NCBI GenBank assembly: GCA_030693205.1
Contig: JAUYBG010000006.1
Location: 4,015-68,014 of the forward strand
Direction: 5' to 3'
DNA: 64,000 nucleotides
From: a bacterium
GTDB taxonomy: Bacteria; Patescibacteriota; Minisyncoccia; JAHIHE01
Positions within the stretch are counted from its first letter, which is position 1. Every line of letters starts with the position of its first letter. Shown piece after piece: positions 28,083-36,778 of this stretch. Made by a program: the position numbers and the translations under genes. The notes beneath the pieces were generated by a model. That model was not told the origin of the DNA, ran no database searches, and saw only the letters and a list, made by a program, of their open reading frames with translations.

Positions 28083-29061
28083 TTTTCACTTCCCTGTCAA
28101 AATCGGAAATATAATTTTTATCCCGCTCTTGACGATATTTTTCATATTCTTGCAAAGCTTTATCTTCCGCCTGTTTCGCGCTCACTGTGCCAGCCGAATG
28201 CAATAACTTTTTCTCTGAAATAGTCAAAAATTCATCCAATTTTGTAATCCAATCCCGCATTTTCATCAATCGACCAGAAGCGGCCTGCAATTCCGCAAAA
28301 TCAATATAGAGCGAAACGATCAGATTTAATTGATTTATTTCCGATTCGGTCAAATAATTTTTCGCAACGACAATATCGTCAGTGGTAATATAATTTCTTT
28401 TAAAACTTGTAAGCCCCATCAAAGGTTTTTTACTATCGACTCGCTGAGTGATAATTTCTGCTGCCGTATGTCCATGCACGGCAAAATGCATTTTATTTTG
28501 CACGGTAGCGAAAAATTTTTGCGTCAATTCGGCATCAATCTTATAATCGATGCTTGTCGCATAAATATCAGTCACTTTCTGATAAAACATCCGCTCACTA
28601 CTACGAATATCCCGCACGCGCTGCAATAACTCTTGAAAATAACGCGCCCTGCCACCTGCCTGTTTGAGCCGTTCGTCATCTATTGTAAAACCCTTAATTA
28701 AATATTCCCGCAATCTTTCTGTCGCCCATTGGCGAAACTGCGTTCCCTGTTCAGACCGTACACGATAGCCAACCGCCAAAATAACATCAAGATTATAATG
28801 TTTAACATCACGCGCAACTTCTCGCAAAGCTTCTTTCTGAACTATCCGGAAATTCCGGATAGTTGAATTTTCATCCAGTTCTCGTTCTAAATAAATATTT
28901 GCTAAATGTTCATTAACAGTGCGTATATCGACATTAAAAAGTTCCGCAATTAGTTTTTGCGTCAACCAAACATTTTCATCTTCAATTCTAACGCGAATTT
29001 TTTGCTCATCGCCAAAGGTTTGATAAATAACAATTTGCGGTTTTTTAATTTCCTTTTTCAT
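28057..29061 (-). CDS. rhuM: RhuM-family (virulence protein RhuM / Fic-Doc-associated) protein, full length.
   Basis: 334 aa. The N-terminal half is a paralogue of the 19869-20447 ORF. The conserved VGYRV.S..GTQFR.WAT region is present. Confidence 0.7.
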   Translation of the reverse strand: MKKEIKKPQIVIYQTFGDEQKIRVRIEDENVWLTQKLIAELFNVDIRTVNEHLANIYLERELDENSTIRNFRIVQKEALREVARDVKHYNLDVILAVGYRVRSEQGTQFRQWATERLREYLIKGFTIDDERLKQAGGRARYFQELLQRVRDIRSSERMFYQKVTDIYATSIDYKIDAELTQKFFATVQNKMHFAVHGHTAAEIITQRVDSKKPLMGLTSFKRNYITTDDIVVAKNYLTESEINQLNLIVSLYIDFAELQAASGRLMKMRDWITKLDEFLTISEKKLLHSAGTVSAKQAEDKALQEYEKYRQERDKNYISDFDREVKKILKKGKK

Positions 29062-29089
29062 AAAATTTTCTTAAACTAAACTCTATCTA

Positions 29090-29118
29090 ATCTTACCCCA
29101 AAACTCGCTTAAAATCAA
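29090..29118 (-). promoter_or_regulatory. Sigma70-like promoter TTGATT-17-TAAGAT, about 29 nt upstream of the rhuM ATG.
   Basis: Minus-strand read: TTGATTttaagcgagttttggggTAAGATtagatagagtttagtttaagaaaattttATG. Confidence 0.55.
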
Positions 29119-29519
29119 ACGAAATTAACATCGCCATCTTCCTGCAATTCCGCCAAAACTCCTTCCGGTATCGGAACCGCCTCTCGCAGTTTGGAAATTC
29201 CCGGATAACGCCAAGCGGTAATTACGACTCGCCTTTCATTGCTAACTCCATCTTGAGTTATTTTTTTATCCTGATACATCACCCAAATCTCCTGCGGATT
29301 TTTCTTGGAACCGGATTTTTTCATCACGGCAACAGTATCCGGCGCGATACCCTGTTCTTCGCGATCATGGCGCGACAAAACACTCTTTACTTTTGCGGCG
29401 GACAAGCCATAAAACATCATTTTTCTCGCAATATGACGCGTCCAAGCCAGATAGCGAGTGTTTTTAGGCATTTTAAACCCCCACACTTTTGTGTTTGCCG
29501 CGTTTATTTTATTCGCCAT
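29115..29519 (-). CDS. Hypothetical 134-aa protein. Its last 8 codons form the island's right direct repeat.
   Basis: ORF with no recognised domain. The C-terminus ...IPEGVLAELQEDG is encoded by the repeat caattccgccaaaactccttccggt. Confidence 0.4.
   Translation of the reverse strand: MANKINAANTKVWGFKMPKNTRYLAWTRHIARKMMFYGLSAAKVKSVLSRHDREEQGIAPDTVAVMKKSGSKKNPQEIWVMYQDKKITQDGVSNERRVVITAWRYPGISKLREAVPIPEGVLAELQEDGDVNFV
29145..29174. repeat. Right copy of the island-bounding direct repeat. It is also the 3' end of the ORF at 29115-29519.
   Basis: See the left copy. Confidence 0.8.
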
Positions 29520-29590
29520 AATATTTCAAACTTAATCCCTTATTTTCTCCGACACTTTGTACGATAAGTGTGGGGGTAAATTGCATGAAA

Positions 29591-30688
29591 TTATTCTATC
29601 AATATTTTTAACGTCTCCCTCGCGCATTTTTCCCAAGAAAATCTTTTGGTATTTTCGTAGCCGGCTTGAATAAGATCCTGACGCAATGCTTCGTCGCTTA
29701 GCACTTTTTCCAGAGCCATCGTAATTTCCCTAGAATTTTTCGGATCGACAAAAACCGCGCCCGCGCCCGCAACTTCCGGCAAGCAAGAAGTATTAGATGT
29801 GATAACCGGAACTCCAGCCGCTTGCGCTTCCAGCACCGGCAAACCAAATCCTTCATAAAACGACGGGAAAAGAAAAACCGAGGAATTTTTCAACAAATCA
29901 TTCTTTTCGCTTTCCGTCACATATCCTTTCAAAACAATATCCTTTTTAAATGCTGAGGCGTTTATTGCGCTGGCGATTTTTTCGAAACCAAAACCCGTCC
30001 CGCCGACCAAAATCAGTTTATTTGAAAATTGCAAATTTTTTTGCCTAAATTTATTATACGCTTCGATAATTCCCAAAATATTTTTCTTCATTTCGATCCG
30101 CCCGATATATACAATAGAACCCCTTTTATTATTTTCTGGATCTTGACTCATAATTTTTGGCTCCTGCCCTATCCCATGATAAACTACACTAATTTTTTGT
30201 ACATTTCCGCCATATAATTTCATTAGATCTTTCTTAGTATTCTCTGAAACCGCAATAATTCTCGCGGCAGTTTTGAGTGCGTATTTCGTTGACCATCGCA
30301 AATACAGACGATGCCAAAAAGGATAAAGCTCCGGAAAATATTCATATTCCAGCCCGTGAAGCGCGACAACTGATCTTTTCGGATGGATCAGGGGCAAAAT
30401 ATGCACCGGGATAAACAAAACATCAATCTTGGAATTCAACATCTCCCAGGCCAGTCTTATTTGCGTCCAGCCAAAAGGAAAAGACAAAAATTTAAGCTCA
30501 AAATTTTCCGGCAACGTTTGCAGTTCTTTTAAACGCCCGGACCTAAGCCGCGGATTCAGATATAAAATAAAGCGATGAGCCCGAGATTCCGGGATCACCG
30601 CCAAATGTTTAATAAGTTGAAAAACATATTCTTCCACTCCGGTGGGATTTTCTTTTAAAGCCGCGGAAGTATTAATGCCGATGATCAT
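29591..30688 (-). CDS. Glycosyltransferase family 4 (GT-B).
   Basis: EGFGLPVLEAQAAGVPVITS (E-x7-E) motif. 365 aa. Confidence 0.75.
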   Translation of the reverse strand: MIIGINTSAALKENPTGVEEYVFQLIKHLAVIPESRAHRFILYLNPRLRSGRLKELQTLPENFELKFLSFPFGWTQIRLAWEMLNSKIDVLFIPVHILPLIHPKRSVVALHGLEYEYFPELYPFWHRLYLRWSTKYALKTAARIIAVSENTKKDLMKLYGGNVQKISVVYHGIGQEPKIMSQDPENNKRGSIVYIGRIEMKKNILGIIEAYNKFRQKNLQFSNKLILVGGTGFGFEKIASAINASAFKKDIVLKGYVTESEKNDLLKNSSVFLFPSFYEGFGLPVLEAQAAGVPVITSNTSCLPEVAGAGAVFVDPKNSREITMALEKVLSDEALRQDLIQAGYENTKRFSWEKCARETLKILIE

Positions 30689-30691
30689 AAT

Positions 30692-31693
30692 TTACGATTT
30701 TATACTCCGTTTATAGGCATCCAGATTATCAAGCGCCACCCCTGTTCCTTTTGCCACGCAAAGCAACGGCTCTTCCGCGACACAGCAAGATACGCCCGTA
30801 ACGGTAGAAATTAAAATATCCAAGTTTTTCAACAATGCCCCGCCTCCCGACAATACCATGCCTTTGTCTATTATATCCGCCGCCAGTTCCGGAGGAGTAT
30901 CGGAAAGAACCAGTTTTATAACCTTGATGATCTCTCTTAATTCGTCGGAAATTGCTTCGGTTACTTCATTGGAATTAATTGCAATTGTTTTCGGAAGACC
31001 GCTGATCAGATCTCTTCCCTTAACTTCAAACTCGATGGGTTCTTTAACAGGAATGGCACTGCCGATCGTTATTTTAATTTCTTCGGCCGTTTGTTCGCCA
31101 ATCGCCAAATTATGTTTTTTCTTGACATAATCAGCAATAGACTGATCCAGTTTGTCTCCGCCGATTCTTACTGACGATGACGAAACAATGCCTCCCAGCG
31201 ATATCACGGCTACCTGGCTTGTGCCCCCGCCAATATCAATGATCATATTGCCGGAAGGAGTATTAATCGGTATTCCCGCGCCAATGGCCGCCAAAATCGG
31301 CTGTTTGACGATATAAGCGGCTTTTGCGCCCGCATTCATCGCCGCATCGATAACCGCGCGCCTTTCGGTGGAAGTAATTCCTGCCGGCACTCCCACCATT
31401 ACTTCCGGACGAAAAAACTGAATACGGCCGCAAGTCTTATTGATAAAATATCGGAGCATAGCTTCAATAATCCGATAATCAGCTATAACGCCATCTTTCA
31501 TGGGACGCGAAGCGATTATGGTTTCTGGGGTCTTTCCCAACATTTCCTTTGCTTTGCTTCCAACCGCCAAGATCTTATTATCATCTAAAGAAACCGCCAC
31601 TACTGTCGGTTCGTTTATCACAATGCCTTTTCTGGGAACAAAAACCAAAGTATTGGCCGTACCCAGATCAATGCCAATTTTTTTAATAAACAT
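30692..31693 (-). CDS. mreB: Second MreB-like actin-family ATPase (paralogue). The start was chosen at the internal Met that aligns with MreB N-termini; the ORF-track start at 31816 adds 41 poorly conserved residues.
   Basis: MFIKKIGIDLGTANTLVFV... followed by the full set of MreB motifs. It is a clear paralogue of the 11278-12330 gene but not identical. Confidence 0.8.
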   Translation of the reverse strand: MFIKKIGIDLGTANTLVFVPRKGIVINEPTVVAVSLDDNKILAVGSKAKEMLGKTPETIIASRPMKDGVIADYRIIEAMLRYFINKTCGRIQFFRPEVMVGVPAGITSTERRAVIDAAMNAGAKAAYIVKQPILAAIGAGIPINTPSGNMIIDIGGGTSQVAVISLGGIVSSSSVRIGGDKLDQSIADYVKKKHNLAIGEQTAEEIKITIGSAIPVKEPIEFEVKGRDLISGLPKTIAINSNEVTEAISDELREIIKVIKLVLSDTPPELAADIIDKGMVLSGGGALLKNLDILISTVTGVSCCVAEEPLLCVAKGTGVALDNLDAYKRSIKS

Positions 31694-31825
31694 AAATTTA
31701 CTTACAAAAACTTTCTTACTTTCTTTTAAAATCATAGCAGTAATCAAAAAGCAAGTCAACCTTAAAAGACTTTCAAAATAACTGAAATATGTTATAATGG
31801 CATAAACTGAACTCATTTAAAGTTT

Positions 31826-31902
31826 TGTCATGCTGAACTTGTTTCAGCATCTAAGGTAAGCTAAAAATTAGTAATAGATTCCGAAACAAGTTCGGGATGA
31901 CA
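31826..31902. repeat. Composite inverted repeat. The 28-bp arms tgtcatgctgaacttgtttcagcatcta and tagattccgaaacaagttcgggatgaca flank a 21-bp centre. Each arm carries an internal hairpin with an AAACAAGTT core.
   Basis: The arms are reverse complements at 23 of 28 positions. An equivalent arm pair occurs at 58071-58178. It sits in the divergent mreB2 / membrane-protein intergenic region. Confidence 0.7.
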
Positions 31903-32024
31903 CAAATGGCATATTTTGGCTTAAAATAATATTTATTGGGAAAAACTTAAAATAACTTAACTCATACTAACTAATATTGCCTGCCAGTATTTAAATAACC
32001 GCCAGTATGCTAAAATAATTTTCT

Positions 32025-33434
32025 ATGAAACTGATAACCAGAAGAATTCTTTTTTGTTTTTGCATTATTTTGTTCTTGATCAGCTCGCCGCTGGTTATCC
32101 TATACGCGTTTGGATTCCGCTATGACTTCGCGGAAAAAAAACTGATGCAAACGGGCATAATCTACTTAACACCCAATATTCAGGATAATATAAAGATCTT
32201 GATCAACGACAAAAAAGAGTCGGGCAAAATAAATATCAAAGGTATTTTTAAAAAAGACTTTGTGCTCTATAATTTGATGCCAAAAACCTACAACATCAAG
32301 ATCGACAAGGAAAATTACCATCGTTGGGAAAAAAATCTTGTCGTTTCGCCGGGACTTATTACCTACGCTCAGCCTTTATTATTGCCGTCCGATCCTAAAA
32401 ATAATTTGATATTCAGCGACACTGATATTGCTCTCTGGTCAATTTCCGACAAGTTTAAAAAAATATTTTATCTAAAAAGCAACGATGAAAAAACATCCGC
32501 CAATATCTATGATTTTTCAAAAAAAACATTGAGCACCTTTCCCGTTGACGCGCTTGGCGATCAATCAAAAAAATCAAGCATTGTTTCCGAAGGCTCAAGG
32601 ATCTTTTTTGCCCCTGACGGAAAAAAATTCGGCTTTATTCTGCCGGAAGAGAACAACAGAATTGTTCTATTGAATTCCGCTGAAAAAAGCATCTTGTCAA
32701 TTGCAGATTTTATTTCAAATAATAAAATCTTGGATGAGCGCTGGGATGATTCCAGCCGTTATTTCCTTTATTTAAACGATAAAGAAGAGCTTAATTTATA
32801 CGATACGACAAACGGAAAACCGAAAAAAATTCTCGAAAATATACTGGGCTTTGCCCTGAAAAACGAAAATATTTATTATCTGGATCGGAATAATCTTTTC
32901 TTTTACCGATCCTCGATCAATAATCCGCTTGAAAAACAACAGCTCTCTTACGTCCCTATGTCCATTGCTCAAAAAGCCCAAAGAATGGAAATATTGATCT
33001 CCGCTAAAAATACTTTGGCTGTAATTACCCCGGAAAAAAATCTTTTTATCGTTGATAAAAACGGCACCCCTCTCAATATTGGAAACGATATAGAAGCGGC
33101 TATATTTTCCAAAGACGGCGAAAATCTCGTTTTTAATTCCTCCAATGAAATTTTTACCTATACGCTAGGCGGCGGCCAAAAAAATCTTGTCACCCGCTTA
33201 TCTCAAAAGATCTCTAATGTCAGCTGGTATAGCGATTACGCTCATATTTGGTATTTGGCAAATCAAATTATAAAGAATATCGAACTGGACTCGCGGCCTA
33301 CTCCGAACATTATTGATTTTATCAATATTCCCAAAAACCCTGCCAATATCATCTATACTGATTCAAATAACATTTACTACGACCAGCTGGAAAATAACGC
33401 TTTATCGATTTATCAGGTTGAAATACAAAAATAA
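32025..33434 (+). CDS. Membrane-anchored hypothetical protein (N-terminal TM helix, PEGA-like beta segment, C-terminal beta-propeller-like region).
   Basis: A hydrophobic N-terminus, then a large soluble domain. No catalytic motif was seen. Confidence 0.35.
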   Translation: MKLITRRILFCFCIILFLISSPLVILYAFGFRYDFAEKKLMQTGIIYLTPNIQDNIKILINDKKESGKINIKGIFKKDFVLYNLMPKTYNIKIDKENYHRWEKNLVVSPGLITYAQPLLLPSDPKNNLIFSDTDIALWSISDKFKKIFYLKSNDEKTSANIYDFSKKTLSTFPVDALGDQSKKSSIVSEGSRIFFAPDGKKFGFILPEENNRIVLLNSAEKSILSIADFISNNKILDERWDDSSRYFLYLNDKEELNLYDTTNGKPKKILENILGFALKNENIYYLDRNNLFFYRSSINNPLEKQQLSYVPMSIAQKAQRMEILISAKNTLAVITPEKNLFIVDKNGTPLNIGNDIEAAIFSKDGENLVFNSSNEIFTYTLGGGQKNLVTRLSQKISNVSWYSDYAHIWYLANQIIKNIELDSRPTPNIIDFINIPKNPANIIYTDSNNIYYDQLENNALSIYQVEIQK

Positions 33435-33470
33435 AACCCCAGTCCAAGAAAACAAATAAACTTCAAACAT

Positions 33471-33500
33471 AAAAACACCCGCCATTTCGGCGAGTGTTTT
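33471..33500. terminator. Bidirectional hairpin terminator between the convergent 32025 gene and rpsI.
   Basis: aaaaacacccgcc-atttc-ggcgagtgtttt: a 9-bp stem with one mismatch, flanked by A- and T-tracts. Confidence 0.55.
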
Positions 33501-33522
33501 CGAACATACTGTAAAATAATCC

Positions 33523-34023
33523 TTAGCGTTTCTGCCACTGTGGTGCGCGACGGGCTTTCTTGAGACCCGGCTTCTTTCGCTCTTTCTTCCTGGCGTCCCT
33601 GGTCAAGTACCCGATTCGTTTTAGAGGTTTCTTAAAAATAGGATTCGCCTCAATAAGCGCCCGGGAAATGCCAAGCCGAATCGCTCCGGCCGAGGAAGGC
33701 ACTCCGCCGCCGCTGACAATACAACTGATCTTAAACCTGTTCTGCAAATGCAATAAATTGACCGGCGAGACAACAACTTCCTGCAATTTTTTTAAAGGAA
33801 AATATTTTTTGTATTCCATGCCGTTTATGGTCATCTCGAGCGTTGTCTCTTCGCTTTTTCTTTGCGGATACAGCCTCACCTGCGCGGTAGAAGTTTTTCT
33901 TCGGCCTATGCCTAAAAAATACTTTTCGCTCTTTTTGGCAATATCCGGCACTTCTGCTTTTTCCATCAAAGGTTTTTCTTTAATAACTTCTTTTTTTATA
34001 TGTTTTTTAATAGCTGTTTTCAT
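33523..34023 (-). CDS. rpsI: 30S ribosomal protein S9 (with an N-terminal extension of about 35 aa).
   Basis: YFLGIGRRKTSTAQVRL... and the C-terminal KKARRAPQWQKR match the S9 signature. Confidence 0.85.
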   Translation of the reverse strand: MKTAIKKHIKKEVIKEKPLMEKAEVPDIAKKSEKYFLGIGRRKTSTAQVRLYPQRKSEETTLEMTINGMEYKKYFPLKKLQEVVVSPVNLLHLQNRFKISCIVSGGGVPSSAGAIRLGISRALIEANPIFKKPLKRIGYLTRDARKKERKKPGLKKARRAPQWQKR

Positions 34024-34051
34024 TACGAGTAATATTAATATTTATATGAAT

Positions 34052-34519
34052 TTACTTTTTAATTTTATCGCCATAGGGATGCTTATCGCCTTTAAACATC
34101 TTCAGTCTTAATATTTTCTTATCCCGAAGCTTATTTTTTGCGATCATGCCCCACAACGCCGCTTTTAAAACCAATCCGGAATCTTTTTTAAATAAAGTTT
34201 TATATTTGGTTTCGCTTAATCCGCCCGGAAATCCTGAAAAATGAAAATAGTTCTTCTGATCAGCCTTAGCGCCGCTTACTTTCAAGCCATCAGTATTGAT
34301 TACAACCGCGTAATCACCCGCGTCAATATGCGGAGTAAATGTAGGCTTATGCTTACCCATTAATACTTTTGCTATTTTTGTCGCGAACCTTCCGAGATAT
34401 TGATCTTTTGCGTCAAATAAATACCATTCTCTCGCAATGCCGTCTTGCTCGTCTTGCTTTTTTTGTCCGGGTTTTTGCTCATTATCGCCAGCTAGCCCTG
34501 TAGAATTTTTTTTAACCAT
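34052..34519 (-). CDS. rplM: 50S ribosomal protein L13 (with an N-terminal extension).
   Basis: WYLFDAKDQYLGRFATKIAKVLMGKHKPTFTPHIDAGDYAVVIN matches L13. Confidence 0.85.
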   Translation of the reverse strand: MVKKNSTGLAGDNEQKPGQKKQDEQDGIAREWYLFDAKDQYLGRFATKIAKVLMGKHKPTFTPHIDAGDYAVVINTDGLKVSGAKADQKNYFHFSGFPGGLSETKYKTLFKKDSGLVLKAALWGMIAKNKLRDKKILRLKMFKGDKHPYGDKIKK

Positions 34520-34563
34520 ATTTATTTATTATATATAAAAGGGAAATATTATTCCAATAAAAC

Positions 34564-34914
34564 TTATTTCAGCAATTCAACGACAACTAATTCCGCTTTG
34601 TCGTGCTGGCGTCTGCCGATCTTAGTCAAACGAGTATAGCCGCCGTTCCTTGAAGCGTAACGAGGCGCTATTTCGGAGATCAGTTTTTTTACGAATAAAG
34701 CGGGGATAAATCTTAAAAGATATCTTTCGGCGGCCAGATCTTTTTTCTTAGCGCGCGTTATCAATCTTTCGACATGAGGAGCAAGCGCTCTTCCTTTGGC
34801 TTTTGTCGTAATAATTTTTTCAGCATCAATCAATGAGCCTGTTAAACTTTTTAACAAAGCTTTTCTTTGAGATGCGGATCGATCCAGTTTTTTTACCTTA
34901 TTTAAATGTCTCAT
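34564..34914 (-). CDS. rplQ: 50S ribosomal protein L17.
   Basis: MRHLNKVKKLDRSASQRKALL... and GGYTRLTKIGRR match L17. Confidence 0.85.
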   Translation of the reverse strand: MRHLNKVKKLDRSASQRKALLKSLTGSLIDAEKIITTKAKGRALAPHVERLITRAKKKDLAAERYLLRFIPALFVKKLISEIAPRYASRNGGYTRLTKIGRRQHDKAELVVVELLK

Positions 34915-34926
34915 AGCTCGTTTTTA

Positions 34927-35913
34927 TTATTGTTTTAAGACTAAACCCAATTTACCCAGTTCTTTTTTAATTTCTTTCACGCTAACCGCGCCCATTTTTG
35001 GCATTTCCAGAAGACTCGCTTCGGATTTCTTCGAAATAGCGCCGGCTGTTTTTAATTTATTTTCTTTCAGCGCCGCTATTGTTCTGGCGGAAAAATTCAT
35101 ACTCTCAACTGATTTCAATAAAACTGATTCGTCTTTTTGCGGCTCTTTTGCGACTTCTTTAACTTTTTTCTTTTCTTTTTCGGGTACTACCGCGTCAGAA
35201 ACAACGTCTTCTTTCTTGGCAATCTTGCCGCTGATCAACCTTATCGCCTCAAATTGCTTAATTAAAATTTCCGCGGACTGACTGAGAGCGTCTTCCGGAT
35301 CAATGCTTCCGTCCGTCTCAATTTCAAATATTATCTTATTATAATCGGTTCTCTGTCCGACACGGGCGTTTTCCACTTCATAACCAACTTTTCGAACGGG
35401 AGAAAAAATCGCGTCAATAGCAATCACACCGGTTTCTTTCTTGCCTTTTGCTTGCTGTTCGATGGTTAAATATCCCAACCCTTTTTCAACCGTTAATTCA
35501 ATGTTTAATTCTGCATTTTTATTGGTAAGAGTGGCGATCGGAGCGTTTTTATTTATAACTTCGATCTGGCTATTGGGCTTAATATCGGAAGCAACTACAC
35601 TGCGCTCCCCTTTGGCGGAAATAGTGACTTTTACCGGTTCATCGCCAAATAATTTAAACCTCAATTGCTTTAAATTCAAAATGATTTCTACTATATCTTC
35701 CTTGACGTGAGGCAATGTCGAAAATTCATGCGAAACATTTCTGATCTTAGCCGATGTCACAGCCGCGCCTTGCAAGCTGGAAAGCATAACTCTCCGCAAA
35801 GCATTCGCCAGGGTAACTCCATATCCGGGATAAATATCGTCTATTTCAAAAATTCCCAAGTTTCCCTCTTTTTTAATTAATTTTGGCGGTTTTGGTAATG
35901 TAATAATATTCAT
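34927..35913 (-). CDS. rpoA: DNA-directed RNA polymerase alpha subunit.
   Basis: N-terminal dimerisation domain (GYG.TLANALRRVMLSS) and a C-terminal alpha-CTD. It follows rpsD. Confidence 0.85.
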   Translation of the reverse strand: MNIITLPKPPKLIKKEGNLGIFEIDDIYPGYGVTLANALRRVMLSSLQGAAVTSAKIRNVSHEFSTLPHVKEDIVEIILNLKQLRFKLFGDEPVKVTISAKGERSVVASDIKPNSQIEVINKNAPIATLTNKNAELNIELTVEKGLGYLTIEQQAKGKKETGVIAIDAIFSPVRKVGYEVENARVGQRTDYNKIIFEIETDGSIDPEDALSQSAEILIKQFEAIRLISGKIAKKEDVVSDAVVPEKEKKKVKEVAKEPQKDESVLLKSVESMNFSARTIAALKENKLKTAGAISKKSEASLLEMPKMGAVSVKEIKKELGKLGLVLKQ

Positions 35914-35983
35914 TTTATTTTTTCCCCTCGCACTTTTCCGTTTAAAACGGAAAAGATCGGAGCGGTTAATAAATTAATAATAA

Positions 35984-36613
35984 TTATCGAGAATAAAACT
36001 CGATCACCGGCTTGATATCTGCAGAGAGCCCTGCTTCCAATAATGACGGCGCTGCCATTATCTTAACTTCCATTTTTTCAAGATTAAACGCCATCCAAGA
36101 AGGAGCCTTCTTCTGTTTCAAAGCCTCGGTAATATTTTTAAAATAATTCTTTTTCTTGCTTTTTTCCTGTATAGAAATTACATCTCCGATCTTTACCCGA
36201 TATGAAGGAATATTCACTTTTTTGCCGTTAACGTTAAAATGGTCGTGATTGACAAGCAAACGCGCTTCGCTTCTGGAAGAAGCCAAGCCTGAGCGATAAA
36301 CAATATTATCCAAACGAAACTCAAGCATATTAAGCAAGATTACCGCCGTATCGCCTTTTATGCCCACGGCTTCATTGAGATACTTGACAAATTGTCTTTC
36401 GAGCACTCCGTAAGTCTTTCGAACTTTTTGTTTTTCCCTTAGCTGAGAGCCGTATTCGGTCAACCTAACCCTGGCATTCTTTCCGAGATGTCCTGGCGGA
36501 TAAGCGCGCCTGGTTAAAGCGCATTTTACCGTATTGCAACGCTCGCCTTTTAGAAAAAGCTTATCGCCGACTCTCCGACATACCTTACATTTTGCTGAAT
36601 TATATACTGCCAT
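35984..36613 (-). CDS. rpsD: 30S ribosomal protein S4 (zinc-ribbon type).
   Basis: CKVCRRVGDKLFLKGERC...C Zn-ribbon and an S4 RNA-binding domain. Confidence 0.85.
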   Translation of the reverse strand: MAVYNSAKCKVCRRVGDKLFLKGERCNTVKCALTRRAYPPGHLGKNARVRLTEYGSQLREKQKVRKTYGVLERQFVKYLNEAVGIKGDTAVILLNMLEFRLDNIVYRSGLASSRSEARLLVNHDHFNVNGKKVNIPSYRVKIGDVISIQEKSKKKNYFKNITEALKQKKAPSWMAFNLEKMEVKIMAAPSLLEAGLSADIKPVIEFYSR

Positions 36614-36620
36614 ATTTGCT

Positions 36621-36717
36621 ATGATTTATGAATTATGATTTAAGATTTATGAATATAATTTTCTCCGTTTCTTCCAACATTTTCTTCGTAAATCATAAAT
36701 CGTAAATCTTAAATCAG
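36621..36717. repeat. Heptamer-built palindromic element, copy 3. It begins 8 nt upstream of the rpsD ATG and sits inside the ribosomal alpha operon between rpsK and rpsD.
   Basis: The 34-bp arm is identical to copy 2. The right arm cgtaaatcataaatcgtaaatcttaaatcag is its near reverse complement. Confidence 0.75.
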
Positions 36718-36778
36718 TTTTCTTTTAAATAATATCTATCTTAACCCAATGTTAAATATTTAAATAATTATATTAAAC

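Noticed and set aside
19328-29519. Searched the island for an integrase or recombinase (tyrosine or serine) or a transposase that would explain the direct repeats.
   Set aside because: No ORF in or next to the island shows recombinase motifs (R..H..R..Y or a serine-recombinase N-terminus). The island is therefore reported as a bounded accessory block without claiming a mobility mechanism.
30692-31816. The longer ORF-track starts for mreB2 (31816), mnmA (45548), murB (47597) and the ELEHG protein (45885).
   Set aside because: The extra N-terminal residues are not conserved relative to homologues. Internal Met codons align exactly with family N-termini and remove gene overlaps. The longer starts remain possible, since N-terminal extensions occur in this lineage, for example on rpsI, rplM and rpsK.
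31817-32024. Checked intergenic regions for tRNA/tmRNA/RNase P-like structured RNAs: 31817-32024, 38076-38306, 53167-53289, 24723-24867, 18731-18807.
   Set aside because: These regions are AT-rich with no cloverleaf-compatible GC-rich stems or conserved T-loop (GTTCRA) motifs. Only the palindromic repeat elements were found.
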